63,828 bases of DNA, filler included, from Choristocarpus tenellus KU-1152 (GCA_964200185.2; 13 parts of 13 records of this genome joined end to end with filler, not necessarily neighbours in it); one strand, 5' to 3'; shown: positions 13,071 through 26,432, counted from the whole stretch's first letter. Numbers and translations are program-made. Notes: generated by a model not told the origin, from the letters alone.

Positions 13071-14243
13071 CAAAGTGAAAAAATAGAAATTAAGGTACAC
13101 TCTAGGGAACAATTGTATTGATAACTTTCAAAAACAATTTCTTATGCCCATTTAACTAGATGTTATAATTCGTGTGTCAAAATGCATATTTACACTTCGC
13201 AAAATAAAAAAATAAGAAATTTGCAGCAAAAAGAGTTCACAAATGCGACCACACTAATCTACTCTCTTAAAGTATGCAATAACAAAAACAAACTCTCGGC
13301 GTCAATCAGGCAATTGAGCTAGATACTTATTTTCTGCACATGACTGCAAAAAACATATCAAAAATCGCGATAGACTAGACAGCGCTGAATATTTGAACAA
13401 TCTACTCTAGATACCAATTTTAAGAAATCAATGTGACATTCATCACAGACTAGTCAATGTCAATGAAGGGTCTCCATCTATCAAAATAATGAAGGGCTCA
13501 GTCAATTGCCATATATGGGACTGTCACACAATAAACCTGTTCAAAAAAACTACGACCATGAAAAACAGACCTTTATCGATCACCTAAAATACAAGGTAGA
13601 CGAGAGGTACCAAGAGTTGAAATTTAAAGGAGCTGGGAAAAATATGTAAGATTCGACATATTTCACCAGTGCGTACAGGTTATATACTGAATAGTGTCGA
13701 ATAGTTTCAGATAATAGGGAAGGAACACCCTCAAGTCAAACTTAGAACCTCATTAATACAAATTGGGTGAATTGCAGAAGATTGTAAAACAGACTTCAAC
13801 TGTTAAATGGGCAAAACCTGTATACCTCTCGTTTAAATTGGCTCTGAAGAGGTCACAAGTAACCAAGTACCAACACCCATTGCTGTACGCCTGAAGTGCA
13901 GATATATGCTACAGAATACATGGAAGTTATCCAGGAGATAACCCCCGATTCCTGGAAATATAGAGATACTTGTAGCAGAAGCAAAAAAAGTCCACCTCTC
14001 TTACTTTGTCCACGAGATAGTATGTACCACCAGCTGATAGACTAAAAAAAGAAGTGCTTTGATGAAGTGATCCCGTCAGAAAACAAATTGTACAATATTT
14101 TGAAGTGGATGGTACTGACATCGTAACAGGGTACCTACAGTGCCAATTTGTTTCAGATCAAGCAGTGGTGGTTGAACTCTGGCCTGATCGGTTCTTAGAA
14201 GGTGTTGGCGCATGTGCAACAAGAGCTCTGAAGTACTCTATAC

Positions 14244-14500
14244 GAGCCAAAGTATCTTAGAGGGTAGAGCTGCGTACATTTGGGGGCCAAAATACAATTT
14301 TGTGATATCGATGCAATTCTGGCTATCGGGTTTGTTAGGAAGTGTCAATATCCTTGTTCTGGACACACCTTTTCATAACATACAAATTTACCTACCCCGA
14401 AATATTTTGGAGTAGGAAAATGTCATAAAAAACTCATGGGAAGCCAAGCCCAAAAAGGACAAACAGGGCAAAAATCGAACCCTCTAAGATACTTTCACTC
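14244..14500. mobile_element. MITE family A
   Basis: Family A TIRs; flanks ATAC/TTAC (4-bp TSD, one mismatch). Confidence 0.92.
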
Positions 14501-15245
14501 TTACACTTCACTTACCGTTGGAGGCATTGTTAAAGTTCGATGCATATATTCCGATATGGGCAAAGGTACATTCAATTGAACCCTTCCAAGATTCAGATGA
14601 GTCAAACCAATTGAGAGGTAGGCAGGTTTTGACCCTGTTGTGCGTTCTAAACCATATATCCTGCCCTGTGCAACACACTCTACTTCTTTGTTCTATGTGC
14701 ACAATAGTATACGCAAAGTATGTATTCCCTCTTTCCACTCACTCTTAAGGCTACACCACAATTCTGCATAGACTCTTTCTGCAACCGTACAAAATGGGCT
14801 ATTATTAGATTGTCGTACTTTCTCCTGATCCTGAAAATAGAACCCTGCCTACCTCACTTGGTGTCAGGCACAGCTAAGAAATATAAAACAGAGCACACGG
14901 TATATCGATAGTTTTTTTGACCAGGGAATGTATTCAGTTTTGAACTTGAAAAAATTGTAACGCAATTTACAGATAGTGCAACTCTATCATTGGTAAGGAG
15001 TACAAGTGCCGTCCAAATTCTAGATCATTCGCTGACTGCTGCGCCACTCTGCTTGTTGAATCCGAAGCATATGCTAGCAAATTCTTCAATATCTCATAGA
15101 GCAAAGTATTACACCGGGGAATAGTTATAGGCATGCTATTCGAAATGGTGTATGTGGCAAAGCCCATCGCACACTCTTCATCTAACACTAATTGATCAAG
15201 TTATGCGACCTAGGCATCACAGTCAAATGGGAAATTTTTACTCAC

Positions 15246-15702
15246 CGCAAAGGTTGTTGGAGGAGAGGTCAAGCTTTACGACACGTCCGGTTCTTTCGTC
15301 AATCGTGACTCCATGCCACCTCGCCAGGTTTCTGTTCTGCGCATTCCATCCTTCTTTTCAACGCCAAAAGGGTCCACCGGTTGAATCGAGCAGAATAAGG
15401 AGGATCGTCAACTCCTTATCATCACACCCTGCTTCAAAGTGAAAGTATCTTAGAGGGTACGAGTTTTGCCCTTTTCGTCCATTTGGGGCTTGGCTTCCCG
15501 TGCTTTTTTTTATGACATTTTCCTACTCCAAGATGTTTCGGACTAGGTAAAATGTATACGTCATGAAACGGTGAGTCTGGAACAAGGATACTGACACTTT
15601 AAAATGAAAATGATAGCCAAAATTATTGACATTGGAGTTTGGTCCCCAAATGGACGTGGCTGTACCCTCTAAGATACTTTGGCTCTTCAGGGATCAAGGT
15701 CG
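15246..15702 (-). pseudogene. LRR protein N-terminal cap exon (LRRNT_2-like), disrupted by a MITE and an in-frame stop
   Basis: Removing the MITE and one TSD copy gives TLIPEAGCDDKELTILLILLDSTGGPFWR*KEGWNAQNRNLARWHGVTIDERTGRVVKLDLSSNNLC, bounded by a TAG acceptor and GTGAGT donor. A possible further degenerate LRR exon lies at 14516-14634 (LTHLNLGRVQLNVPLP). Confidence 0.82.
15437..15685. mobile_element. MITE family A inserted in the LRR exon
   Basis: Family A TIRs; 4-bp TSD TTCA. Confidence 0.92.
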
Positions 15703-16956
15703 CTAGTGCATGAGATTGAAATTCAGCGTAGGTTCAGTGTTCTGAATTTATCGTTATGTTTCACCCACCTAACACCGTACGAATGAACGACAGCGACTTC
15801 CCCCCCTCTGCCCACCCACCTTCCATATTGGCCTTTGACATATTCTCCTCCTCCATCATTTATCACAAGTTGAGTAGATGATAGGGGTAATGTGTGATAG
15901 AGTGATGTCTGATGAATATAGTTGTGCATGAATTTACAACTTCCTTACACTTGGTGAGAGTGATAGTATGAGGGAGGGGTGAAAGGTATATAGAACCTTT
16001 GTGGAGACTTGGTCCGACGCAAATCTCATATTTAGAATTAAATTTACATGCAAAAATGGGCTTTTATAATCATACCGATATTGCCGTATCCTTGATACGG
16101 TCATAACAATTGAGGCTTGTCGACACGAATCCACCATTATAGTTATAATAGGGAGGGGAGCCCATCAACAAGTACAGGCACAGATGCCTACAAGTGCGGG
16201 GGGTCTAGGCCTCTCTTCCATGAAACACCGCCAGCATGCGGCTTTTGTAGGATCACTGGTGGCTACCCNNNNNNNNNNNNNNNNNNNNNNNNNNNNNNNN
16301 NNNNNNNNNNNNTTAATTAATTAANNNNNNNNNNNNNNNNNNNNNNNNNNNNNNNNNNNNNNNNNNNNGTAGACCCCCCCCTCCCCCAGATACTTTGAGT
16401 CTAAATAGGACACACTCCACCAGCAACATCCCCAGCTCCCTCAACCCTGTTCTTCAACATCCTTTTTGTCCCTATCTCCACATTAACGTTGCCCCTACTC
16501 AAAAATATTGACTTGACATAAGGATCACCACAACGAGGGTGGAATTATCCATCCTTTCTTCAGCTTGCACAGCAGTGCATAAAAAAAAACAAGATTGAAT
16601 CTGCCCCTGCCCTTACCTCTGAACTTTTGCTCAAGGGTGGGTGATGCGTGCATATAGCCAGGAGAGTGTGCAATAGTAGTCTCTGGTGACAACGGGAGCT
16701 GAGAACTAAAAATGGACACACAGATAATCATTTCGTGTGGACTCAGGAGCGTTTCCCACTGGGCTAGCTACACAACACACACAGCGGATGCGTTTTGTAG
16801 CTCGGTGGATGCCCCCTTCGAAGCTACAGGAGCCTGCTGAGGCTAGACTCGGTAACCTAGGAACATTGCTTTCTGGTGGATGGTCGCTTTTTTGAGAAGG
16901 AGGGGGACTCGGCACAAATAGACCATGCTCTCTCCATTCCCAAGGAGGGCTGTCAC

Positions 16957-18425
16957 CTTCAAGTCAAGAACATATTCCCCGGTGCAGTTGGAGTTGCTGA
17001 AGAGGGACTCGTCGTAGCGGGTTGTGTCGCATCGACTCATGTTGATCTTCAGGTTTCGGTCTTTTAGCTCGGTTGTTCGCATTGCCATGACCAAGGCCTG
17101 TTCGAAGAGCATCATTCACTGAGTTCGATGTAAAAAGTACCAGTTGATGATGCAACCACTGATACGAATGCACAACACAGACACGGACACAGACAGACAC
17201 ACACATATATATAGTGAGGTGGGGGGGAAAGTCTTACCACCACTGATGTACAGCCCCCCCCCCCTGAGTTGATAAACAAACTGGAAAAAGCCTTCAACTT
17301 GATGTTGAGTGAGTTTGGAGTTAGCAATCATTCCAGCATGCGTGATAATAACCAATTTATTGGACTGTTGGTCTGCCTTTCTTGGGATACTCATTCTGCA
17401 AGATAGGTGGTTCTTTGTTAGGGAGAAGAGGGCTCCTGGGCACTGCTACTCCACTACAATCAATTGTGTATCTGGAGTCTGTGGGAAGATGGAAGAAAAT
17501 TCCCAGAAAACGTTGTTCATCAGTCCATTGCAAAACCTTCATAATCTGTTCATGGCTGCAGGAGTGTTCTAGGCAAGCGTTTCCCATGGAGTCCTCATGC
17601 AACATGCCTGTATGTGACGGCACAAAAGTGTTCTAGGGCCGTTCCTTTCCTTAAAATCCATATTCTCCTGTGAATATATTATAAATAGGTAGATCGACCC
17701 TCTAAAATCGACCTCCGAAACCCCAAGAAAAAAAAGAAGCACAGCATCAAGTTTTAGTAGAGTTGTGTTCTTCCTCTTCAACAGGACATGAAGCCCGTAA
17801 AACAGTCTTTTTCTTTACATTACCTCGCCTCCATTCTGTCCAATGTGATTGCCTTCCAGATCAAGGAACTCCAGCGTGGAGTTCACCTGTGTGTGTGTGT
17901 TTGAGCGGTCTTGGTTTTCCACTTCAAAACACCCTTGTATTGGAGATATGCATCGAAACACGCAAACGAACTATACCTGTAAGGTAACCAACCTTACAGA
18001 AAAAAAAACTGTAGCAAAGGTCTGTTGAGACACTGTTTCACCTTCCCCCTGCTCATGAGAGGGCTTGATCATGTGCATATTGTGGGATGCGCTCTTCTGC
18101 TCTACACTTAGTGCGAGCATTGTGGGTTGGTTTTTCACCTTCAAAGCATGACCCAGAACCATGGCCGCTGTTGGGGTAAGTCCGTTGTAGGAGAGGTCCA
18201 ATTTTTGTAGTGCGTAATTATCACATAGAGCCATTGCCAGCGCCTGGATGTCAACCATTGCAGAGGAAGAGAGGTGTATACGAAATAATGCAACACTCCC
18301 CCGAACTGGTTGTCTCACGTATCACGATACTACGTCTTCTGCATCGTAGATCTTGGAGCTAAGCTGAGAATATTAGTAGTAGTAATAGTAGTAGTAGTAG
18401 TAGTGGTAGTAGTAGTAGTGGTAGC

Positions 18426-18456
<31 letters not shown>

Positions 18457-19334
18457 TTGGTGGTAGTAGCAGTAAGTAGTAGTAGGAGTAGTGGTAGTAG
18501 TGGTAGTAGTATTAGTGGTGGTAGTGGTGGTAGTGGTGGTAGTAGCAGTGGTAGTAGTGGTAGTAGTACTAGTAATGATAATAACAACAAAAAGTTGAGG
18601 TGGTAATGGGCATGGCACAAACAAAACGCTCACACATTCTCTTTCCGCCAATACAGTGCATCTTATCTGTAACCTTCCTGTCCATTCTACAGTGCTATTT
18701 TTCACCTCTGGCATCTAGGCCCTGAGTCAATTCTGCACTTCTGGCTGCCATCGTATGCACAAACCGTGTACTGGAACCACCACTGCGACTTATTTCCGCG
18801 TCCCATGTCGTCCCTCCTCTTCAAGATCCACAGCCAGAAATTGCTCGGTCAATCTCTTGTTACCCCTTTGGTTGCAATTGATTGCCCTCTACACGAATTT
18901 ACTACAACTTCCCCATTTCAATTGTGTGAAGCTGCTCACTCTTTTACTATGGCCTCGCAAGCACAATCAATGAGTACTGGCAGCGTGAACTTGCTCTGTA
19001 ATCTGAACTACTCCAGAGTATGAGCAAACAGGGGAGGGGGAGAGGCTCGAATCTTTTCACTGCTCCACACCTCTACTGAACTGCTCTGGGATGCCTACGT
19101 TGGCCGAGTGATGCTATGTGGGAACAACTCCCAGTTGAGAGTTTTCCTCACCTGGGTGGGATAGTCTGCGAACGAGTTGTGCCTGATGCCAAGCGATGTC
19201 AGTGTCTCATTCTCTCTCAACGAGTTTGCCACCGCTATGGCAGAGTCCATGCGGAGGGAGTTCCACCCGAGGTCAAGGTGAGTAAGTGTGTAGTTCACAG
19301 AGAGCATGGACGCGATGCTCTCGCCTCCGGTCAC
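16957..19334 (-). CDS. RNI-like leucine-rich repeat protein, internal exons (partial gene)
   Basis: Four phase-0 GT-AG exons: 19334-19152 (VTGGESIASMLSVNYTLTHLDLGWNSLRMDSAIAVANSLRENETLTSLGIRHNSFADYPTQ), 18243-18139 (ALAMALCDNYALQKLDLSYNGLTPTAAMVLGHALK), 17886-17824 (VNSTLEFLDLEGNHIGQNGGE), 17097-16957 (ALVMAMR...FSNSNCTGEYVLDLK). 28-residue LRR periodicity holds across junctions. Confidence 0.9.
18372..18590. repeat. Compound (GTA/GTG)n microsatellite in LRR intron
   Basis: AGT/GGT triplet run; explains the poly-V and poly-T ORFs. Confidence 0.95.
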
Positions 19335-19550
19335 CTGTCATCATTCATGTAAGATGATCTGTCACAGGTCTGTCTAACGTTTGTGCCGTGTGTGTGCGCA
19401 GCTTATGTGACCGCTTCGCAATTGATGATGTTTGAAGGGAGAGGTTGTCTGTGGCGTGAGGGCAGGACAAGGAAACAACAACAACAATACCAGCACAGTT
19501 TGCTGGTCCTAACTGAATGGTTGAAGGAGAGGCAAGCAACGGCGGATATT

Positions 19551-19733
19551 GGCTCAAAGTATCTGGGGAGGGGGGGTGGCGGCTGTCCATTTGGGGCCAA
19601 TTTTTTCATATCGCGATTTTTGGGTGATTTGGTTCCATATGTTGCATGGATAATGAAAGTGTACTTTTCCTGGTTTTGACCCAAATGGACACTCTGGTGT
19701 AGACCCCCCCTCCCCCCCCAGATACTTTGGGTC
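19551..19733. mobile_element. MITE family B
   Basis: GGCTCAAAGTATCT...AGATACTTTGGGTC; 3-bp TSD ATT. Confidence 0.93.
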
Positions 19734-20066
19734 ATTCCACAAATCTAGTCTGTTGTGAAGCCTTGGTCTGAGGGAGTCAAATCCAACTGATGGTATCCAT
19801 GCACTCACTACCTTGATGGGTGACTTGTCTCAGTGATATATAAAAAAAAGAAAGGTAACATGCATGTACTCTCTTTTACAAGTCACTGCCTCCAATGGAA
19901 GCAGGGCTATGACGTTTTCTCAGAGTTGTGGTGAGCTCCGACGCAGACTGAATGGCGTCACTGTGCTTACAATTTTTTTGCTCATATATATATATATATA
20001 TTTTTTTTTTTCAGAGCGACGGCATCACACACAGTTCCTGAACACATGCGCCTGATTCATACTTTT

Positions 20067-20296
20067 GACCCAAAGCATTTAAGAGGGTTAGGGCCGTGTC
20101 TGTTCGGGGTCGTAAGTCCATTGTTGCGATTTTGATGAATTTTGGCTATCGTGTTTGTTTTCGTAGTCATACACATTTTAGGGTTAGGGTTAGTGTTCAC
20201 ACAGAAAACCGAAAAAGTGCATAAAAACCTCGTGGGAAGTCAAGCCCTGATTGGACTTACAGGGCAAAACTCCTACCCTCTTAAGTGCTTTGACTC
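20067..20296. mobile_element. Divergent family A-related MITE containing TTAGGG repeats
   Basis: GACCCAAAGCATTTAAGAGGGT...ACCCTCTTAAGTGCTTTGACTC; TSD TTT; internal TTTAGGGTTAGGGTTAG. Confidence 0.8.
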
Positions 20297-20463
20297 TTTC
20301 TCCAATACGAAGCATTGCCGTTGGGTCAAAGTATCTTGGGGGGGGGTGGTGGTTTGTGAGGGGNNNNNNNNNNNNNNNNNNNNNNNNNNNNNNNNNNNNN
20401 NNNNNNNTTAATTAATTAANNNNNNNNNNNNNNNNNNNNNNNNNNNNNNNNNNNNNNNNNNNN

Positions 20464-21148
20464 GGGAAAACTGAAGGGTGGTCGACTAGGCTTGTGACGC
20501 AGTCATCTAACTCCCCCGACCTCAATATCATGGACCTGTGCTTCTTCAGATCTTTGAAATGCTGGGTGATGGGGGGAGCGGTTTGGGTCTGTCGAGGAGA
20601 TGGTGACGTCGTTAAGAAACAGTACGAGGAGTATGATGAAGCCACACTTGAGAGGGCTTGGCAGCTCCTTCTTGCTGTGTACGATAAGAGGCTCAAAGTA
20701 TCAGGGGGGGGGAGTGGCGGCTGTCCTTTTAGGGCCAATTTTTTTTATGTAGCGATTTTTGTGTGATTTGGTCGCATGCATCGGATGGATAATGTAAGTG
20801 CACTTTCCTGGTTATGTCCCAAATGGACACCCATTATGTGCAGACCTCCCCCCCCCCCCAATACTTTGGGTCAGAACTGAGATACAAAGGGGGGAATGAC
20901 TTCAGTGTGGAGCACACAGGGGTAAGGGAGAGGCAGTTGCCTGGTGAGCTTGAAAACAAGCCAAAGGTAGACATGGAGGTTTTTTCTGTGTCTGATAAAA
21001 TTGTGATGGATGGGGAGTAATAAAAACAAAAATAGCTGAGCCTAACCAGAGATTCGACAAGTATTCCAAATCTTCTTTCAAAAATGAATTTCATTAACAC
21101 CTTCAAACGTTATGGACAACGCGGCACAAACTTATGGGACGGAGGTTG
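20464..21148 (+). mobile_element. Tc1/mariner (plant MLE/Stowaway-type) relic: transposase C-terminus and right TIR
   Basis: QSSNSPDLNIMDLCFFRSL...LERAWQLLLAVY...KGGNDFSVEH; terminus TTATGGGACGGAGGTTG followed by TA, resembling the reverse complement of the Stowaway TIR. Confidence 0.85.
20690..20872. mobile_element. MITE family B inserted in the mariner transposase
   Basis: Family B TIRs; 3-bp TSD AGA. Confidence 0.92.
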
Positions 21149-23169
21149 TACATGTTCTTAATACAGGAGGGATGGTACGAATAAATGAAATGCGACCACT
21201 GGCCACCAATACGTGGAATGACATACAGGTACATGGTTTAACTCATAAAAGTTAAGGGACACCAACATGACACACTATAGACATCATCTTACCCAAGAAC
21301 CTAGTACGGTTTTGCAATGTGTTTAGAGGGGGTGATATTTTTTGTACTATGGATAGAATAACAAGGGAATGATATACTACTGCTAATGGTAACCAAAGAA
21401 ATGTAGACATTTGTATTCCCTTTTAAGTTCAACATAACATTTATTCCCAATTGTTCTTTGATACTAATCACAACAGCAAGATTGGTAAACGATTGTTCTT
21501 TCCTACTCATTCAAAACAGAATATTTGTACAAGAATGTTCTTACAATTTTATCACATCTTCCTAAACTATTATTCGCTCTGTGACAGACAGGTCCCTTCG
21601 CGAGCTAATCTCAGTTCAGCACGTATCCCCACGCACACACAAATGCATTGCGCGCACATTTCTTTGTCATTGATGATATTCCCACCAACATCAAACACAA
21701 AGAACTCTTGAGAATTCTTAGACCTCTTGCAGTTGACAATCACCAAGATATGACGTCATCTGGCGGATCTGGGAATCTCTTCAAACCTCTCCTAAGATTT
21801 GATGGCTGAGAGGGCTTTGGGCTTGCAGGAAGCAACCCATATTGACACAACTGGTGATTCTTAACACCTCCGACAACTGATTGGACCCTGTTTCACGACA
21901 GTGGTACTCACGCCGATAGTTTAAATGGGATTTCACCAAGTTAGAAGTCCATATCATGGCAACATCGAACAAAAATGCGACCGAAGACAAATACGAGTTT
22001 GAGGATACAAAGGCAATACTCAACCTTCTCGAGATGAGATCTCGTCACCTCCACCAAACCCACCTGGCACATCCGCAATCCTTACGACTGGTTTAGTTGA
22101 AGGCATGCCCTGGAGACTCACAGAAGCAAGAAAGGGAGGCGACGAACAAACCAGGGTCCTTTTCCATTTTGATACACCGTTGGGGTATCGGTTTGGGGTT
22201 TGGGGCGAAATTGGAGAGGAATATGAAGTCTTGATGGAGGGAGGTCATAGAGGATAATGCTAGTCAGTACATACTCGGAGACTTGATACGTGGTAGCCTT
22301 CATGATTTCGCGCTAGCCCTCTCAATCCTGACAGCCACGTTCAACCTGGTTGAAGGTACTCATAGACAGATTAGTATATCACGTTGTTCTAGTCACCATT
22401 TACGGTGAAATTTCTTTCTGGCAAATAAAGATATTAAATATATTAAATATATTAAAGACATCAAATTATTTGAGGCAGAAAAAGAAGGGAGGCAAGGCGT
22501 AACTGAGTCTGATTAAAGGGCATTTTTTTTTTACCTTTCCTAGCTCATGATATCCTATCCTACCCAGTTGTGAACAAACCTGTGTTTGGTAGGTTGTCAC
22601 TCGAATAGACTAACTAATTATGCACTTAAGCAATAACTGCCTCGGTCACACTTTTCTAATGTGCCATTGGTTGCCTTACCAGTATACTTTCAAAGCTAGG
22701 CTTTGTCGATATGTATCTCCACTCTAATGTATACTTCTTGTACAGTAGTGAGCTATTTTGTTACAAATTGCCACTTAGGTTAAGTAAAGAAAGACATGGG
22801 CAACACCTGCCTACACCAGATCTTTGCGATTTCTCTTTGGGATCTGGCCCAGAAGTGGACAACCAACCAGGTTGTAACTCAAACCGGCCACTTGATGATG
22901 CATTTGAACACTATCACAATTCACATCTTTCTAACTATTCAATTCTATGGGCTCCAACCCCGCAGTGAAAAAACCTACAATGGTTGATCACTCAGAATGA
23001 CAAAATTACAATCCACTGCCTCAGACTCATTTTGTTAATGCAATAACATCCTCAGCAGTGAAGCATTCTTCAAAATTTATTGGATCAGTACATAAAGACT
23101 TAGTAGCATCTCGAATGTGCTGCACCAAGTCAGTGTGGTGTTGGCATACATCTGCAATTCAACATTACT

Positions 23170-23837
23170 CTATAAACACCCTTGTACTTTGAAGGTTTTA
23201 TCTCGTCAAGTATCGATTCCTGGCAAAATTGATGATGATTCAGTTTCACACATCACAGTTGATACCGCAACTGACATCCCGGTCATTAGCTATCGTTACA
23301 TGCAACCTCATCCCACCCTTTGTTTTGCACACAACAGTCCTATACCAGATGATGCCTTATATTTAATAGGGGCTGGGGGAAGACCTTTGTAAGTACATGA
23401 CTTCATCCAATTTAAACTAACCTTGGAAAATAAAACACTACTTGTTCTAGCAGTTGTTCTACCCTCTTTAGATGTTGAAAAATACTCTTGGACACCAATA
23501 TCATGGCTGCTTTTGGACTGAAGTTGGATTGGGTTAGAGAAGAAATAATATTTTCTGAAAGCGCAGTTCGCATTCCAGTCCGTCATAAAATTTCTCCTAT
23601 ACCCATTGTTAATCCATCAACCATCAGTCAAAATACTGTTCAAACCTTTTCAACAGACATGACAGTGACTACATCTTCAACTGAGTTCATCATACCTGTA
23701 CATGTCGGACATAAAACGTATTTTACCCCCTGGAACTGAAACTGTTGTTTTATTGTGTTCTCAGGCCTTACCTGGATCAGTCAAAGATGTTGTAGTGGAA
23801 CCCATTGTCAAGACGAGCATGGACTTCTTCAGCCAGG
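23170..23837 (+). mobile_element. Decayed Ty3/gypsy-like gag-pol fragment (aspartic protease region)
   Basis: ITVDTATDIPVIS (degenerate DTG motif), LIGAGGRPL, ILLDTNIMAAFGLKLDW; resembles 63173-63665; frameshifted. Confidence 0.6.
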
Positions 23838-24108
23838 GAGTGAAAGTATCTGAGAGGGGTACAACTATTTGCCCTGTTTGTCCATTTGAGGCCTTGAATA
23901 TTTAGGCGACGAAGGGCTTTTTCATGTATTTTTGTTCGTTTTTTAGTCCTAAAAAAGTGTAAAAACGTGTGCAGATTGCGATTTAGAAGCAAGGCAATTG
24001 TTTCCCTCAGATGGGCATAAATATGCACGTGAGAATTTACTGTTGTGTGTTATTTGGGCGTTGGTATCATGGATGAAGTGTTTGGTGGCGGTCCAAGACA
24101 AGATACAT
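23838..24108 (+). mobile_element. Left end of a longer family A-related TIR element, cut by the gap
   Basis: GAGTGAAAGTATCTGAGAGGGGTAC...GCCCTGTTTGTCCATTTG, then sequence unlike the MITE interior. Confidence 0.75.
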
Positions 24109-26173
24109 NNNNNNNNNNNNNNNNNNNNNNNNNNNNNNNNNNNNNNNNNNNNTTAATTAATTAANNNNNNNNNNNNNNNNNNNNNNNNNNNNNNNNNNNN
24201 NNNNNNNNCATTTTCCTCTGTAATGTTACGCAGGTATTCCGAATCTTACTCTGCATCTCCTTATAATAATAACTTATTCTGTAAGGTTAACCTATGTGTT
24301 ACTAATATCGTATATAGTTCGCACTTGTCAGAACTCGAGAAACAATCTTCGCACTATATGTCTGTTACAAGTGTTCGTATTTCCTAACACATGAGGAGAA
24401 AATGCTCGTGCTATTCGTGTGTAACAAATGCTCAAACTTTGTTGAAATACAAGAAGAAACGCTCACGCTATTCGCCTGTAACAGAAAGCCGTCTCGGGCT
24501 TCCATCAACGCAGCAAGAGCGTGGATTGGTATGAAAGGCAACAACAATGAAGTGACCAATGCGACACTAGAGGACATGAAAGACCAGCTACTCGATAAAT
24601 TGTTGTGTAGCAGTCAGACAATGAAAGCTCAGGTGACGAGGATGACGATGAGTTTATGGGAGGGGGCAGTGCATTGGGGGCCGTGAAGAAAGGAGCAGCC
24701 TCTTCGGTGTTCTCAATTCCTCCACCACCGTACTGTCTCAAGTAGCTGACGAGTTTGCCAACTTAGAAATAACCACAAAAAAGTACAGCATGAACGATAA
24801 TTCGTACCATGTCAGGAAAGCAAAGCTGGCTTGGCTCAGCGCAATCGGGGCAATGGCAATCAAACAAGTAGACATTCAAGACTTTTTTGGCAGTTGTGAT
24901 TTTTTTTATCAGCAAGTAAGTTGTTTCACTCAGTGCGTGTGATGGGAGGTGCATAGCGATGCAGGTACATTTGATCCATGGTGCTGTTTTTGATACTGTA
25001 CTTATAATATCCTTGTAGAGTGCAATTGAATACGTAGGGCAGGGTATTGGAGGGAGATTGGCCTTGAACATTGATTTAATTTGAACTGTGAGTCGTCTGG
25101 CCAGCCATCTAATGAGCTGCGGATGCTTTTCTTGGGAAGGTGCAATATATATATGAGTGAATGCATCGTAATGAGTGTAATTTACCAAAGTTACAGTACA
25201 GTATACGTATGACACTGATATATTGCGGAGGGGTGGTGTAGATGTGGTTCTTGCTGCACCACCACAGCTCCATCAAAATGGGCTCACCGAGGGCAACGTT
25301 CAATACATACCTACAGGGAACTTTTTGAAAGCACATGGGAAGCACTTAAAGCAAGGTCGCTGCTCTGCCGTCGTTCGGGGACAAGCATAAAGCGCCTACG
25401 ACCACTTTTGGTCGATATAAAATAGGTTTCTATTATCACGATCCCTCGGTTTAAGATAAAAGCGCTCTTATATACAATAATAAGAGAGGATCGGGATATA
25501 AGAGTATTTTTTTGCTTTCCCCTACCCTCTCTTACATAGGTACGCCAACTAACTGTATCTGGAAAATGTCAGCGGTCATACGATTATATGTATATGCTAC
25601 ATATGCAAACTGTTCCACCTATATGCAAGTATTTATTTGTTGTGAAACACACACCAATACACACCAATTACAAGAATAAATTGTGTGAACAGTGATACCA
25701 ACAACTGCGTGTGGCCACATGGCCACTTTGAAAATACAACTAACTTGCTGTCTGCAGATCATCATAATAGATCGGGGTCCTGGTTGCTCGCTATGACCCC
25801 TTCACACCGTAAGGATTGTTATCTGTAAAAATAATTACTAACACATACCAATTGCTTTCTTGGTCTTTCTGGCCACCTTATTCTGCTCATCACTAATGTA
25901 AATTGTCACCTGAAGGCAATTACTGTTTAGAACAAAATGGAGTCCTAGCCTTTCATGGTCCCTGCCATGTCAATATAATGTCAGGATACTGCGCATGTCA
26001 ATTTTGGTCATTAACTGTGCATGATCAGTGATAAATTATACAACAGTGGTATGCGATACCACTACCTGTCACAGAATGACGCCTACATGCCATTGTATGA
26101 AACATAGTGATGTTCTGATTGCTTCACCACCAATGACTTCTAATGTTGATATTTCTTTTAGGGCTAATGGTTT

Positions 26174-26432
26174 GAGTGAAACTATCTTAGAGGGCACGAG
26201 GTTTGACCTGTTTGTCCGTTTGGGGTTTGGTTTCCCACGTTTTTTTTAATGTAATTTTCCTACTCCAATATATTATGGAGTAGGGAAAACGTGTACGTTT
26301 TGAAAAGGTGTGTCCGGAACAAGGATATTGACACCCCCTAACAAACATGATACCCAAAATTACATCAAAATCGAAACGTTGGATTTTGGGCCCCAAACGG
26401 ACGCGGCTCTACCCTCTAAGATACTTTGACTC
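26174..26432. mobile_element. MITE family A
   Basis: Family A TIRs; 4-bp TSD GTTT. Confidence 0.93.

Noticed and set aside
15437-15685. Family A MITEs acting as introners (GT and AG occur within the TIRs)
   Set aside because: No copy sits in an otherwise intact conserved gene; this host exon has an independent stop; the AG lacks a pyrimidine tract.
18310-18714. Poly-V, poly-T and poly-L ORFs
   Set aside because: Translations of an intronic microsatellite.
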